This document shows positions 8,490 to 18,030 of a stretch of DNA of 64,000 nt, piece by piece (positions within the stretch are counted from its first letter, which is position 1; each line of letters begins with the position of its first letter). A model generated the notes under the pieces. That model was given only the letters and a program-made list of their open reading frames with translations. It had not been told where the DNA came from and made no database searches. The translations under genes and the position numbers were made by a program. Source of the stretch: a virus (lineage: Duplodnaviria > Heunggongvirae > Uroviricota > Caudoviricetes); the IMG/VR virus record IMGVR_UViG_2524614843_000001, positions 39,279 through 103,278 of that record, one strand, 5' to 3'.

Positions 8490-10187
8490 ATGAATCAACC
8501 AACTGTCCAAATCGTACACAACGCAATCACCGCAAAGTTGCTGTGTGAAAACCGAGAGGTTCAGCTGTACGTCGCCAAGCTCATGAGCTACGCGGTTTCG
8601 GGCGCCGAGCACAGCAAGGCGGTCAAAAGCCACGCCTGGGACGGCCGCAGCTCGTTTTTCTCTATGCGCGATCAGACGTTTCCTGCCGGATTCGTCAATA
8701 TGGTGCGCGATTCGCTGACCAAGCTGGGCATCAACTGCGCCGTTCGCGCGAAGCCACTTCCTGAGCCGCTCGGGCCGGAGGACTTTTGGAACGCCGACGG
8801 CATCGGTAACAGCGACGAGCGCTACGACTACCAGCCAGAGACCATCCACCGCCTGCTCAAGCACGGTCGGGGCATTGCGCAGATCGCAACCGGTGGCGGT
8901 AAATCACGCATCTGCCGGCTGGCCTACGCCCGCATCAATCGCCCCACCCTCTTCCTGACAACTCGTTCGGTGCTGATGTACCAGATGAAGAAGAACTTTG
9001 AGGATACCTTTAAAGAGGAAGTCGCTGTTCTGGGCGATGGCGAGTTTGGCATCGAGTACGCCAAGACTGACGGTACCAAAGGGCGCCGGCTGACCAAGTT
9101 CACTGTTGCCATGATTCAAACGCTCGCTTCCAGACTGGAAATGCCGGCTGAGATTGGCGCGCGTGAGCGTCGGCGCGCAAACGAAGTGCTGAACAAGGCC
9201 GCGGAGAAGGCGCGGAAAATGACCGCGGAAGCTGCCGCCAAGTACATTGAGCAAGCAAAGCGCCAGTCCGAAGAAATCATCGCCAGCATTCCAGCCAAGG
9301 AAGAAGCACAGCGCCGTCGGCGTGAGGCAACCATCCAGATTCTCTCGCGCTTCGAGTTCGTGGTGCTGGAGGAAGCGCACGAAGCGTCCGGCAACAGCTA
9401 CTACGAGATCTGCCAGCACTGCACCAATGCGCACTACCGGCTCGCGCTGACCGCCACCCCGTTCATGAAGGGCGACGAGGAAGCGAACATGCGCCTGATG
9501 GCTGTGTCCGGTCAGGTGTTTATCAAGGTCTCCGAGAAGCTGCTGATCGATCGTGGCATCCTTGCCCGCCCCTACTTCAAGTTTATCCGGTTGCTAGAAA
9601 AGCCAAAGGGGCTCAATCGCACGACGGCCTGGCAGAAGGCCTACAAGATGGGCGTGACTGAAAATCCTCACCGGAACAAGGCCATCATCCGTGAGGCGTA
9701 CAAGGCTGCATCAATCGGACTGCCGGTGATGATTCTGGTACAGGCAAAGGTGCATGGCGCGCTGCTCGATGACACCCTGAAAAAGCTCGGTATCCGGTCG
9801 AGCTACATTTTCGGCGACAGCTCGCAGGAAGAGCGCGAGCGTGAGCTCGGCAAGCTCAAGTCGGGCGAAACCCAAGTGCTGATCGGCTCAACGATTCTGG
9901 ATGTGGGTGTGGACGTGCCGGCCGTCGGGATGGTGATTCTGGCTGGTGGCGGGAAGGCGGAAGTTGCCCTTCGCCAGCGTATCGGGCGCGGACTGCGAGC
10001 GAAGAAGGACATGCCAAACGTGTGTCTGGTCGTGGATTTCGACGATCATCACAACAACCATCTGTACGACCATGCGATGACTCGCCAGTACCACATCCGG
10101 AATACGCCAGGCTTCGCGGAAGGGGTGCTGGCGGCAGGGGGCGAATTTGACTATCTCGGTCTTGGGCTCATAAAATCAGCAGCGTAA
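8490..10187 (+). CDS. Superfamily-2 DNA helicase (DEAD/DEAH-box, UvsW/type III res-like) with coiled-coil insertion
   Basis: 565 aa; Walker A IATGGGKS, motif II VLEEAH, motif VI QRIGRGLR; only large plus-strand core gene. Confidence 0.8.
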   Translation: MNQPTVQIVHNAITAKLLCENREVQLYVAKLMSYAVSGAEHSKAVKSHAWDGRSSFFSMRDQTFPAGFVNMVRDSLTKLGINCAVRAKPLPEPLGPEDFWNADGIGNSDERYDYQPETIHRLLKHGRGIAQIATGGGKSRICRLAYARINRPTLFLTTRSVLMYQMKKNFEDTFKEEVAVLGDGEFGIEYAKTDGTKGRRLTKFTVAMIQTLASRLEMPAEIGARERRRANEVLNKAAEKARKMTAEAAAKYIEQAKRQSEEIIASIPAKEEAQRRRREATIQILSRFEFVVLEEAHEASGNSYYEICQHCTNAHYRLALTATPFMKGDEEANMRLMAVSGQVFIKVSEKLLIDRGILARPYFKFIRLLEKPKGLNRTTAWQKAYKMGVTENPHRNKAIIREAYKAASIGLPVMILVQAKVHGALLDDTLKKLGIRSSYIFGDSSQEERERELGKLKSGETQVLIGSTILDVGVDVPAVGMVILAGGGKAEVALRQRIGRGLRAKKDMPNVCLVVDFDDHHNNHLYDHAMTRQYHIRNTPGFAEGVLAAGGEFDYLGLGLIKSAA

Positions 10188-10236
10188 GCCGTTTACTAGA
10201 CATTTTCGGCTTCCTTTTGATATGAGATTCTCTCGT

Positions 10237-10264
10237 TACCCGCTGCAAGGCGGGTATTTTTTTT
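10237..10264 (+). terminator. Rho-independent terminator after helicase
   Basis: CCCGCtgcaagGCGGG followed by T8. Confidence 0.7.
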
Positions 10265-10310
10265 GCCCGCCGATTTTTACAGCTTGCGCTGATCAGATAG
10301 ACAAATGCCC

Positions 10311-10340
10311 GCGGTTAAAGCGGGCATTTTGACTACGAGC
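10311..10340. terminator. Second hairpin (ATGCCCGC-ggttaaa-GCGGGCAT + TTTT) between convergent genes
   Basis: Perfect 8-bp stem, T-run on plus; may serve both strands. Confidence 0.55.
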
Positions 10341-10725
10341 ACTGATCTAGCTTTTTCTCAAGCATCTGAGACCAACGCTCCCGATAATTGTTAGGCCGAT
10401 CATGAACCTTATGAGCTTTCACGTCCGCGGTCGTCTCGTTTTCCGAACCTCGCAGCTCGATAATGCCAATAACCCAATGGCTAGGCCCGCCACCAAAAGC
10501 GGGAGCGTAAATATCGCATGTGGCCTTCTGACCACGCTGAAAACATTGGGCAACGCCAGCTTCACACTTGCGTCCGTTTTGGTAGAAGTTTTCGAGAACC
10601 TCATCGATTGGCGCTTTAATCGTGACGGTTTTGATGTTGAAGTCGCTGTCTTTGAAATCGGCCGGCTTTGAAGCGCAGCCGGCGATCAGAATAGCAGTTA
10701 GGGCAATGGGCAATGCTCTCAGCAT
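10333..10725 (-). CDS. Lipoprotein (signal peptide, lipobox LIAGC)
   Basis: Start taken at internal ATG 10725 (MLRALPIALTAILIAGCAS) with GAGGT RBS; the listed ORF start at 10836 is probably too long. Confidence 0.55.
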   Translation of the reverse strand: MLRALPIALTAILIAGCASKPADFKDSDFNIKTVTIKAPIDEVLENFYQNGRKCEAGVAQCFQRGQKATCDIYAPAFGGGPSHWVIGIIELRGSENETTADVKAHKVHDRPNNYRERWSQMLEKKLDQCS

Positions 10726-10774
10726 CGAATCTAACCTCAGAAGGGATGATGATGCCGGAATGATAACGCCCCGG

Positions 10775-11419
10775 TTAATCCCCGTCTCGCTCAAGTGCCT
10801 CGCGCCAGGTCTTTTTTGCGAGCTCCGGATTGTCATGCGCTAGCTGCAGCATATCCGCCGATGCCTCGGGGCCGAATTTCGCCTTGAGCCCCGCTGACCA
10901 GTCGTGCTGCAGCGCCTCGCGCATCGTCGCGCGCCCGAGCTCCGCCAGATCTTCCGAAACGCCACTGGCCAGCGCAACGATTTGCCACCACTCCCACACG
11001 TACTTCTTCTGGTTATGAGCCGGAATAGCGACGCCAGCCTCTTGCGCCTTTTGCACCGCGGCCTCCATCACGGACACGGCCACCCCGAAGATCTCACTGG
11101 TCTGCGGCTCAGAAGGAGCGCCGAGCAAGCGCACTTTCAGATCTTGGGTCCACTCGACCACGCCTTCGAGCAGACGAACGACCAAGCCGGCATCGATTGG
11201 ATTGATACCCCAGCACTTGCCAATCTTGTCGTCGTAGAGCTCGAACGCCCAGCGCAGCTCGTTGTGGCGCATGAGGTATTCAGTTTCCTCGCGCGCTTCG
11301 GCTTTTTGCTCTTTGGATGCCTGGCCAATCGACACGATACGCACTGTCGGCATCACGCCGTAAATCCCCATTGTGACGATGACTGATTCGGGCAAGGTTG
11401 GTTTAACGTCGGTTGTCAT
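10775..11419 (-). CDS. Hypothetical protein (about 214 aa)
   Basis: Start placed at MTTDVKPT (11419); coding-like codon usage. Confidence 0.45.
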   Translation of the reverse strand: MTTDVKPTLPESVIVTMGIYGVMPTVRIVSIGQASKEQKAEAREETEYLMRHNELRWAFELYDDKIGKCWGINPIDAGLVVRLLEGVVEWTQDLKVRLLGAPSEPQTSEIFGVAVSVMEAAVQKAQEAGVAIPAHNQKKYVWEWWQIVALASGVSEDLAELGRATMREALQHDWSAGLKAKFGPEASADMLQLAHDNPELAKKTWREALERDGD

Positions 11420-11639
11420 GATCGCTTCCGTTTGTGTTGATTTCGACGTACCCGCGCTTGAGGCGCTTTTTCGAGTACGTGTTGGCGAGCGCAGTTGCTT
11501 CTGCCAAGGAGGATACAACTTGGCTTCGCTCTCCGTGAATTTTATTTTTGCGCCCGCCCCAACGACGAATGACCACTAGATCAAATAGGTCACGGTCGAT
11601 CTCAATTCGATACCAACGATCTTCGCTTTGGAAAAGCAT
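11403..11639 (-). CDS. Small protein, possible WGR-domain protein
   Basis: 78 aa; W..Y......D.....RRWGGR...... pattern reminiscent of WGR domain; weak. Confidence 0.35.
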   Translation of the reverse strand: MLFQSEDRWYRIEIDRDLFDLVVIRRWGGRKNKIHGERSQVVSSLAEATALANTYSKKRLKRGYVEINTNGSDHDNRR

Positions 11640-11661
11640 GGCGTTTCTCCGTAGAGGTGAA

Positions 11662-12144
11662 TCAGCCTTTCAAATTTTCAATTTCGTGTGGGTCGAGGTA
11701 TTCAACATCGTCCCAAGTTTCAAAGTTTGAGCGGTATGCTCTGCAGCACGCTGTTTCGATGCCATTTATTAACTCTGCAATGGCAATTTCTGCCATTCCT
11801 GTCCCTCGATCATTAAGAGAGTGTTGATACTTCAACACCGTAGCTACTATCGAGTTGGGTAACACCTCTCTTGCATATGGCAAGTCGAGTGTGGTGTTGA
11901 TAAACAGGTATTTAGAAAGCGGAATCCCACAGACTTTATCTTGCCAACTGAGCAATCGAATCATGTGTTTTATACAAGCCTTGACCCCTTCGTTGTATTC
12001 ATGGCCCGCGCCACACCTTACGCTGCCTACGGCAACTAAAGCGATTTGCGAAGCGAATCGCTTGCCTGCTGGCATCTGTTTATTGGCATGTCCGAAACTG
12101 ATTAAGTCAATGAGTTTTTCTTGTTCCACGGCTTCTTTACTCAT
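11662..12144 (-). CDS. Hypothetical protein
   Basis: About 160 aa; ORF with phage-like codon usage; no recognisable motif. Confidence 0.45.
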   Translation of the reverse strand: MSKEAVEQEKLIDLISFGHANKQMPAGKRFASQIALVAVGSVRCGAGHEYNEGVKACIKHMIRLLSWQDKVCGIPLSKYLFINTTLDLPYAREVLPNSIVATVLKYQHSLNDRGTGMAEIAIAELINGIETACCRAYRSNFETWDDVEYLDPHEIENLKG

Positions 12145-12250
12145 GATAATTTTTAGCTGCAATTATTGGACAATTTTCAAAATTAGACCGTCAATTAAAC
12201 CAAGACTGTTGATAAAAAACATATCGCCAGTCTTGATCTAGGATGCGAAT

Positions 12251-12781
12251 TTAAAAGGCCGTTGTTGTTCGATTGCATCTTTCAACAGCCACCTCATATG
12301 CTGATCGACCAGCGTTAGGTTCTGTTTTTAGCACTGGATATGAACCATTCTCTTTGAAATACTCAATGCCGCGACTCACGCAATCTCCGACGCTAGGCTC
12401 TGATCTTTGCTCTTGCTGATGCTCTCGCTTGTAGTTCTCGCTCTTCACGCTTGCTATGCCGTCGGCCGTGATTTTTTTGTCCTCATCTTTGCAGGCATAA
12501 ATTTGGTACTGCTCTTCTTGCCATTCTTTGATCGGTCTATCGCCGATTACTTTTGACAGGTACTCAGAAAGATCTTTGCTGATGCCTGGCTCTCCGGCCA
12601 ACATTGCACGCTGGCAATCATTGAGATCAAACACATCGATCTGCTCAAGTTTCACCCCGGTGTAATACTTGGCATTCGGGCTAACCGGCTTTGGCGGCTC
12701 TTTCGTTGTCTCGCCGCATCCAGTCATCAGAGTCAAAAGAGTGGCTGCGCAAGCAGCCACGATGTTGGCTTTATGTTTCAT
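12251..12781 (-). CDS. Lipoprotein (signal peptide, lipobox LMTGC)
   Basis: 176 aa; MKHKANIVAACAATLLTLMTGCGE. Confidence 0.6.
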   Translation of the reverse strand: MKHKANIVAACAATLLTLMTGCGETTKEPPKPVSPNAKYYTGVKLEQIDVFDLNDCQRAMLAGEPGISKDLSEYLSKVIGDRPIKEWQEEQYQIYACKDEDKKITADGIASVKSENYKREHQQEQRSEPSVGDCVSRGIEYFKENGSYPVLKTEPNAGRSAYEVAVERCNRTTTAF

Positions 12782-13225
12782 GGTTTCCTTCCTGTCTTAT
12801 CGCTGGTTTTTTATGACGAGCACTGTAACACCGGAGAGGCGCGCGAGGCCATCTTGCGAGGATTTTGTCTACGCATGAACGAAACATTTGCTCGAGGGGA
12901 GGGCGACCTCATGGCGTCGTCCGTGGGTATAGGGGAGGGAAGAGTGCTCGGGGCGTGGGGTTGTGCCGGCAATGGATTCCAGCACTCCGCGTTTTTCTAG
13001 GGCTTCGATTCTGATTTGCTCGCTTTCTCGCTTTTGCTCTCTCGCTTGCTCGCTTGCTTGAATATCGCGCTATTTGACGCACAATCGCGCGCTATTGCGT
13101 TTTCTCTGTCGTGCTAGTATCTGACGCTATTCAATCCGCAAAACGCGCTAGAATCGCTTAAAAACGCTATTGCCTCGCTTGCTTGTTTCGCTTGCTGCTA
13201 CGCTAGCGCACAAAAAGAAAAAGCG

Positions 13226-13256
13226 CGGAATTATCCGCGCTTTCTATTTAATTACT
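13226..13256 (-). terminator. Rho-independent terminator after foreign gene (GCGCGG-ataatt-CCGCGC + TTTTTCTTTTT on minus)
   Basis: Seen on minus strand just 3' of stop at 13260. Confidence 0.6.
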
Positions 13257-13259
13257 TAA

Positions 13260-13889
13260 TTATTCCGCTTTTGCTGCTAATTCAATTCCATACGCTGCGC
13301 ACAATTTTTGTGTTGCTTTGCTTTCTACATTTAGCGCAATTGTCCAGTTTTCCGCGTTTTCTTTTTCCTTGATTGTTGCGATTCCGCATTTAGTTAAAAC
13401 GCTGCGAATTCCATTAGCTTGTCTAAATGTAGCGTGCTGCAATTCGCGTTTGATTGTTACGCTTTGGATTGATTGCATTGATTTTGCTTTCATCCATTCA
13501 AAAACGATGCTTGTGTTAGCGTCAGTCAATGACTTTTTAGAATCGCTTACTGCGACAATTTGCGTATTGTCCAGCAATGCGCGGAAAATCCGTTCCGCTT
13601 TGTCAATTTCATAAACTCCGATTGTTGCGACTTGCTCTAAATCAATTCCAAGCGCAACAAGTTTGCGCAGCTCTTGCTCGCTGAATTTTGCGAGTAATTC
13701 GCAACGATGAGCGCGTGCAATCAGCTTTTGCTCAGCGCGTTTTAATGTGCTGTCTGCTTCTGCTTTGTTTTCTACGTCTTGATTTTCCAATTCCGCGCGC
13801 TGCGCTGCGATTGCTGCGCTTTGTACGCGATTAGTTTCAGCAGCAGACAGAATGTTATTCAGAAATTCTTTAGCGTTAAATTTAGACAT
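13260..13889 (-). CDS. Hypothetical protein encoded in a compositionally foreign (low-GC, A-ending codons) segment
   Basis: 209 aa; codon usage (gca/gaa/caa/aaa/tta) unlike the rest of the window; has own terminator; class-A motif copy immediately upstream. Confidence 0.6.
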   Translation of the reverse strand: MSKFNAKEFLNNILSAAETNRVQSAAIAAQRAELENQDVENKAEADSTLKRAEQKLIARAHRCELLAKFSEQELRKLVALGIDLEQVATIGVYEIDKAERIFRALLDNTQIVAVSDSKKSLTDANTSIVFEWMKAKSMQSIQSVTIKRELQHATFRQANGIRSVLTKCGIATIKEKENAENWTIALNVESKATQKLCAAYGIELAAKAE

Positions 13890-13923
13890 TTTTCGATTCC
13901 TTGTGATTTGATTTAGTTAAACA

Positions 13924-13942
13924 GTCATTGCTGACTTATCTA
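13924..13942 (-). promoter_or_regulatory. Class-A motif copy (GTCAttgcTGACTTATCTA) upstream of foreign gene
   Basis: Motif match. Confidence 0.5.
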
Positions 13943-14518
13943 TCGTTGCGCTTTGTTTTGTGTGTTGCGCTTCGATGAGTTGCATTCTACGCGATACGTT
14001 ATGAACGTCAAGTAATAACGTGCAAGAAAAAGCAAAAAAGTTGATAACTCACTGAAAAACAAAGGAAAAAAATTGATTGTTCCGTCGTTTTTCGCGTGCT
14101 AGTCCAGCGCGTAGCGTTTTGCGTATATAACGCGCGTCAATCCGGCGCGCGCTTGGGCAAATCGCGCTTGCATCTTGTCGCGTCGTGTCGCGTGTTGCAT
14201 CATGCGCAGCAAGCGAAACGCTATGCAAAACGATATATTGTATTTTAATAACCTATTGAAAAATATAATGTTTCCGGACAATCTATCATCCGATAGGTTG
14301 TTCTGCGGCACGTCAATGAGTGCGCCGGCACGCCTTTGAGGCACTCGCCTTATCCCTACGCCACGGCACGACCCTCTCCCATATCCCTAAACCTTGGGCG
14401 CCCGAGTCCGGCAATCCGGAGACTCGCCACTTTACCCGCCCTGCTCTTCCCACGGTTGCCCGCGGCACGCTCGTCCAGCAGAAAAAGCGGCACACCTGCC
14501 GCTCTTCCCTACCTCTGG

Positions 14519-14890
14519 TTACTGCTGGGCAAAGAACTTGCTGTAAAGCTCGATGGGCGCGACGAGCCCTTGTCTGTACTGCTCGACTGTCTCACACAGC
14601 TCGCGCAGCGTTTCGCGCATGGCAAGCGTGCGCTCGACGACGACCCGCGCTTCCCTGTACGGACTTGTCTCTTTGCTTGCGTGCATGAAGTCCTCCAGCG
14701 GTAATGCGCGGTTCTCTTCCGGCTTGTCACCGTAGCGCAGGATGACTTCGGTTTGCGTGCAATACACGTCATGCAGGTGTCCGCGCTGGCAGACGACGTG
14801 GCCCACGAAGTAATACCCGTCATCGTCATGCTGGTAGTGCGGACGGGCGAAGGTGAAAGCGGACGTGGTGGCGTATTGCAGATCGCTCAT
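14519..14890 (-). CDS. Hypothetical protein (123 aa)
   Basis: High-GC3 codon usage typical of this phage; weak RBS. Confidence 0.45.
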   Translation of the reverse strand: MSDLQYATTSAFTFARPHYQHDDDGYYFVGHVVCQRGHLHDVYCTQTEVILRYGDKPEENRALPLEDFMHASKETSPYREARVVVERTLAMRETLRELCETVEQYRQGLVAPIELYSKFFAQQ

Positions 14891-15111
14891 GGTGCTGACT
14901 CGCGTGTGTTGTTGATCGAGTCGTCAGTGTGTGTGCGTAGGCGTGGTGGAGATTGGCGTGGAACTGGAGTGCCGGAGAGTACCGTGGCCAGGCCGAGGGA
15001 AAGTGAAGGCCATGAGCCAGAAAAGGCCAAAGGCCAAGAGACCGTAAAGGCCATGCCGCGGGATACCGTGGCTTTACGTGGAACAAGGCCGGAGCCTTGC
15101 GTGTGCAGTCC

Positions 15112-15375
15112 TTACGCTGCCGGTTCGATTTCAGGTTTGACGATGGTGCGCGCTGCGGTGTCGAACACTTGCTTTGCTTTGGCCAGTGATTTGAATTTCA
15201 GCTCGCGTTTTTGGGTGCTGCTGCGGCCGTCGATGTGTTTAACGACTGCGCTGTGGGTGATGCGGATAAAGTCGTCATCGAATGCTTGCATGGTTAATGA
15301 GTGGATGATCTCGCCAAAGCGAGTTTTGAAGGTGTGATTTTTGTGGTCGATGAAGTCGATAGCGGTTGCAGTCAT
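15112..15375 (-). CDS. Hypothetical protein (87 aa)
   Basis: GGAGTG RBS. Confidence 0.5.
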   Translation of the reverse strand: MTATAIDFIDHKNHTFKTRFGEIIHSLTMQAFDDDFIRITHSAVVKHIDGRSSTQKRELKFKSLAKAKQVFDTAARTIVKPEIEPAA

Positions 15376-15522
15376 TTGATTTCACTCCAGTTTTGCGCTG
15401 TTGCGCTGTTGTCGATGGAGTGATTTTCAGCTGACACCTATGGCGCAGGAGCGGGGCTAATTCGACGCCCTCCAGCGTGCCGTGGCCTGTGAGGCAACGC
15501 CGGCAAATCCGGCGAGATACGC

Positions 15523-15780
15523 CTAGTCCTGAGCGAACCGGCGTGCGAGCAAGCTGATCAGGCCGAACTTGGCCTGGTGCATGGTGTTGTGGACCGAAAT
15601 GACGGCCGCATCAGGTTCGTTTTCCGGCAGGTAAGGCTCTTCGATCACCACGCAAAATCCGTCGGCGGTGACGTAGATGAAAGCGCGCGTCAGGCCGGTA
15701 TCTGCCTCGAGGTATGCGTTATTGAAATCGCTGCGCGCTAATGCCGGATTGTGCTTGATCTGCTCGAGTGAGGCTCGCAT
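15523..15780 (-). CDS. Hypothetical protein (85 aa)
   Basis: AGGAG RBS. Confidence 0.5.
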   Translation of the reverse strand: MRASLEQIKHNPALARSDFNNAYLEADTGLTRAFIYVTADGFCVVIEEPYLPENEPDAAVISVHNTMHQAKFGLISLLARRFAQD

Positions 15781-15842
15781 GTTCTGAACTCCTGATTGCG
15801 TTGTTTGGAGTCCTTATTGTGCAAAGTGCCTTGTGGTGGAGA

Positions 15843-16115
15843 TCAGGCGCTTAAAGCGAGTTGCAGCTCGTCCCGCAGTGCGGTCAGACCGGTGAAGGTA
15901 CGCAGTTTGACGCCGGCTTCGCGTGCCACATGGATGGCGTTGTGATCGATGAAGCGGGTGGCCAGCACGAGGTCAGAGCCGCGGATTTTACGGGCGATCA
16001 TCTTGTCCCCGCCGTCATCCGAGGGGCAACAGTCGATTTTGTGGGGTTTGATTTCAAGGCCTTTGAGGACAATGCTCGCTTGCGCCTTTAACAAGCCTAA
16101 TAACAGGATTTTCAT
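15843..16115 (-). CDS. Hypothetical protein (90 aa)
   Basis: AGGAAA RBS. Confidence 0.5.
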   Translation of the reverse strand: MKILLLGLLKAQASIVLKGLEIKPHKIDCCPSDDGGDKMIARKIRGSDLVLATRFIDHNAIHVAREAGVKLRTFTGLTALRDELQLALSA

Positions 16116-16252
16116 GGTTGGATTTCCTTCGCGTGTTGTTGATGAAGCGAAGTGTTCCAGAGCCCTTTTGGGACATACACGGGGTGTTTAATCCGTCCCT
16201 TGGTGTGCCGTGGCCTGATGATGATTGGCCAGCAAAGCACTGGCCATTGAAC

Positions 16253-16597
16253 TCAAGCGATCAGCATTTTGACGCGGCGGGAGATCTCATTGAATACAGA
16301 ATTGCCAAGCGTGGCCACTTTCACGCCATTGCGCGCCACAATATCAATCGTGCGGATTTGCAGCGGGTCGATGTAGCCGGAAACTGGCATACCGACAGGG
16401 AGTGGAATATCTGTTTTTTGCGGACCATTATTGCGTGTCGTGATGGGAATAACGATCGCATAGTTGGTCGCTTTGAATTCAGGTATGGAAATAATCAGGA
16501 CTTTGCGCGCGTTCTTGTAGTCCATTTCGCGGCCTAATGAACCAGCATCAGGATGTTGCAGCTCGACAATATCGCCAGGATTGAATGAATGGGACAT
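16253..16597 (-). CDS. mazF: MazF/PemK-family endoribonuclease toxin
   Basis: 114 aa; GDIV...PITTR...I.IVAR pattern of MazF/PemK/CcdB fold. Confidence 0.7.
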   Translation of the reverse strand: MSHSFNPGDIVELQHPDAGSLGREMDYKNARKVLIISIPEFKATNYAIVIPITTRNNGPQKTDIPLPVGMPVSGYIDPLQIRTIDIVARNGVKVATLGNSVFNEISRRVKMLIA

Positions 16598-16664
16598 TCC
16601 GGTATTCCTCGTCTTGATGACGATGTTATTATGCGCGCTCCATTGCGGGGCGCGCAGGGGTTGA

Positions 16665-17048
16665 TCAAATCACCACTTCCTCGCCTACAGGTCCGCCAAA
16701 GTCAGCGAGCGTGTAGTCAGCCGAGAGTTGGGACAGGCCGGCGAGAAAATCGTCTTGCGCGATACTGGGCAGATTAAAGTTGATGATCGGCGTATTGTCG
16801 GCGCCTTGCAGTACCCGAGCCTCACCTTGATCGACCTGCTTGCGGACCAGGAAGAAGGTTTCGCCTTCGATTTCAACCTCATGCCACTCGACCGCATCAC
16901 CGCGCTCCAGATGCAGGCGTTTACGCACCGGCGCACTGACGATGGCCGAGAGTGAGTTGCCGACGGCGGCGATTTTAGTGGTAGCGAAGGCTGCGGCTTC
17001 GCCGCTCACGATTTGGTGGCCGAGCTCTTCGAGTGTGGCGGTTTGCAT
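16665..17048 (-). CDS. mazE: MazE/AbrB-family antitoxin (swapped-hairpin domain) with C-terminal extension
   Basis: 127 aa; VGNSLSAIVSAPVRKRLHLERGDAVEWHEV matches MazE/AbrB looped-hinge helix; 67 nt upstream of toxin. Confidence 0.6.
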   Translation of the reverse strand: MQTATLEELGHQIVSGEAAAFATTKIAAVGNSLSAIVSAPVRKRLHLERGDAVEWHEVEIEGETFFLVRKQVDQGEARVLQGADNTPIINFNLPSIAQDDFLAGLSQLSADYTLADFGGPVGEEVVI

Positions 17049-17090
17049 GTTCGTGTCCTCAGTACGTTATAACGTGATGTTATCACATAA
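17049..17090 (-). promoter_or_regulatory. Putative autoregulated TA promoter/operator (palindromes ACGTTATAACGT and GTGATgttATCAC)
   Basis: Palindromes immediately upstream of antitoxin start. Confidence 0.4.
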
Positions 17091-17524
17091 ATTTACGCAC
17101 GCAAGATGGCACTCTGATACAGCCCTGCACCCGCGGCCAGCAGCACGCTAACCGATTATGCTGCCCCGAGCTGAAAAGACAATAGCGATTCCCGACGCAG
17201 AAACCCATCAAATTTCGATTTTCTACCCCTCGGGTATATCACGACTCATCTGAGACGGGAAAATCGCTTAAATCGGGTTTATGCGGATTTCTCGGGCAGG
17301 CGGTCCAAATTGAGCACCACGGCACCCCTACACAACCACCTCTGCCCTCTCCCTCGACCAGTGACCCGCGCGGCGCATCCCACGGCCAAGCCAACCTCCT
17401 GCCTGGGAGTGGACTGCGCGCGCCGGTACCCTATATTGGCCGCCCGCCCCGAAATTTCCGGACAGCCTGGGCGCTGATATTGGCCACCCCGAGCCACCCG
17501 CAGTCAGCCTTGGTCAACCACGGC

Positions 17525-17552
17525 GAGACTGATCTGCCGAGAGTGAGGATGA
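17525..17552 (+). repeat. 28-bp direct repeat (iteron-like) copy 1: GAGACTGatcTGCCgAGAGTGAGGATGa
   Basis: One of 4 same-orientation copies. Confidence 0.7.
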
Positions 17553-17594
17553 CCAGGCTGCGGGACAGGCCGGATACCCGAGGGCGAGTACCGG

Positions 17595-17622
17595 AGAGAC
17601 TGGCGTGCCTAGAGTGGGGATG
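17595..17622 (+). repeat. Iteron-like repeat copy 2
   Basis: GAGACTGGCGTGCCTAGAGTGGGGATGG. Confidence 0.7.
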
Positions 17623-17698
17623 GCTCGTTCCTGAGCCGTGGGTGGCCGCGGCCAGGCTTTCACTCCCAATCCGGAAGTGGCGGACTGCCTGCGGCTCG

Positions 17699-17860
17699 TA
17701 ATCCGGAGGGTGGAGCAACTCGTCTGCTGAGTGGTTGGGAAGTTGGGAAGGTCAGAGTTGGGAAAAAGTGCTCGTCCCAATAGTTTTTATATTAACTACA
17801 GTGGATATATTAAATATTGGTGTGAGGAAAAATTCCCAACTTTTAGGCTCTCTCCGGATT
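17699..17860. repeat. Nested inverted-repeat element, copy 2 (TAATCCGGAG...GTTGGGAA x3...CCAATA-[AT core TTAACTACAG]-TATTGG...TTCCCAAC...CTCCGGATTA)
   Basis: Same architecture and orientation as copy 1 at 5009-5141; flanked by iteron-like repeats. Confidence 0.7.
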
Positions 17861-17881
17861 ACTCAAGAAAATCAATGGTTT

Positions 17882-17909
17882 GAGACTGGTTTGCCTAGAG
17901 TGAGGATGA
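17882..17909 (+). repeat. Iteron-like repeat copy 3
   Basis: GAGACTGGTTTGCCTAGAGTGAGGATGA. Confidence 0.7.
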
Positions 17910-18030
17910 GGCACTCCGGAAGTGCGTCAAACTGCCATTTTCCCAACTCCAAGGCGCCTCATTCCCAACTGCCTCTGTCATACCCTTCCGACCCATACAC
18001 GCGCACAGGCCGGGACTCGGGAAAGGCCTT

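Noticed and set aside
8424-8864. 146-aa minus-strand ORF overlapping the helicase start
   Set aside because: It is entirely antisense to the well-supported helicase gene, with R/A-rich low-complexity translation.
17100-17500. Searched non-coding stretches (14280-14520, 17049-17520, 18365-18730) for tRNA genes
   Set aside because: No cloverleaf-compatible sequence with GTTCRANYC T-loop was found.
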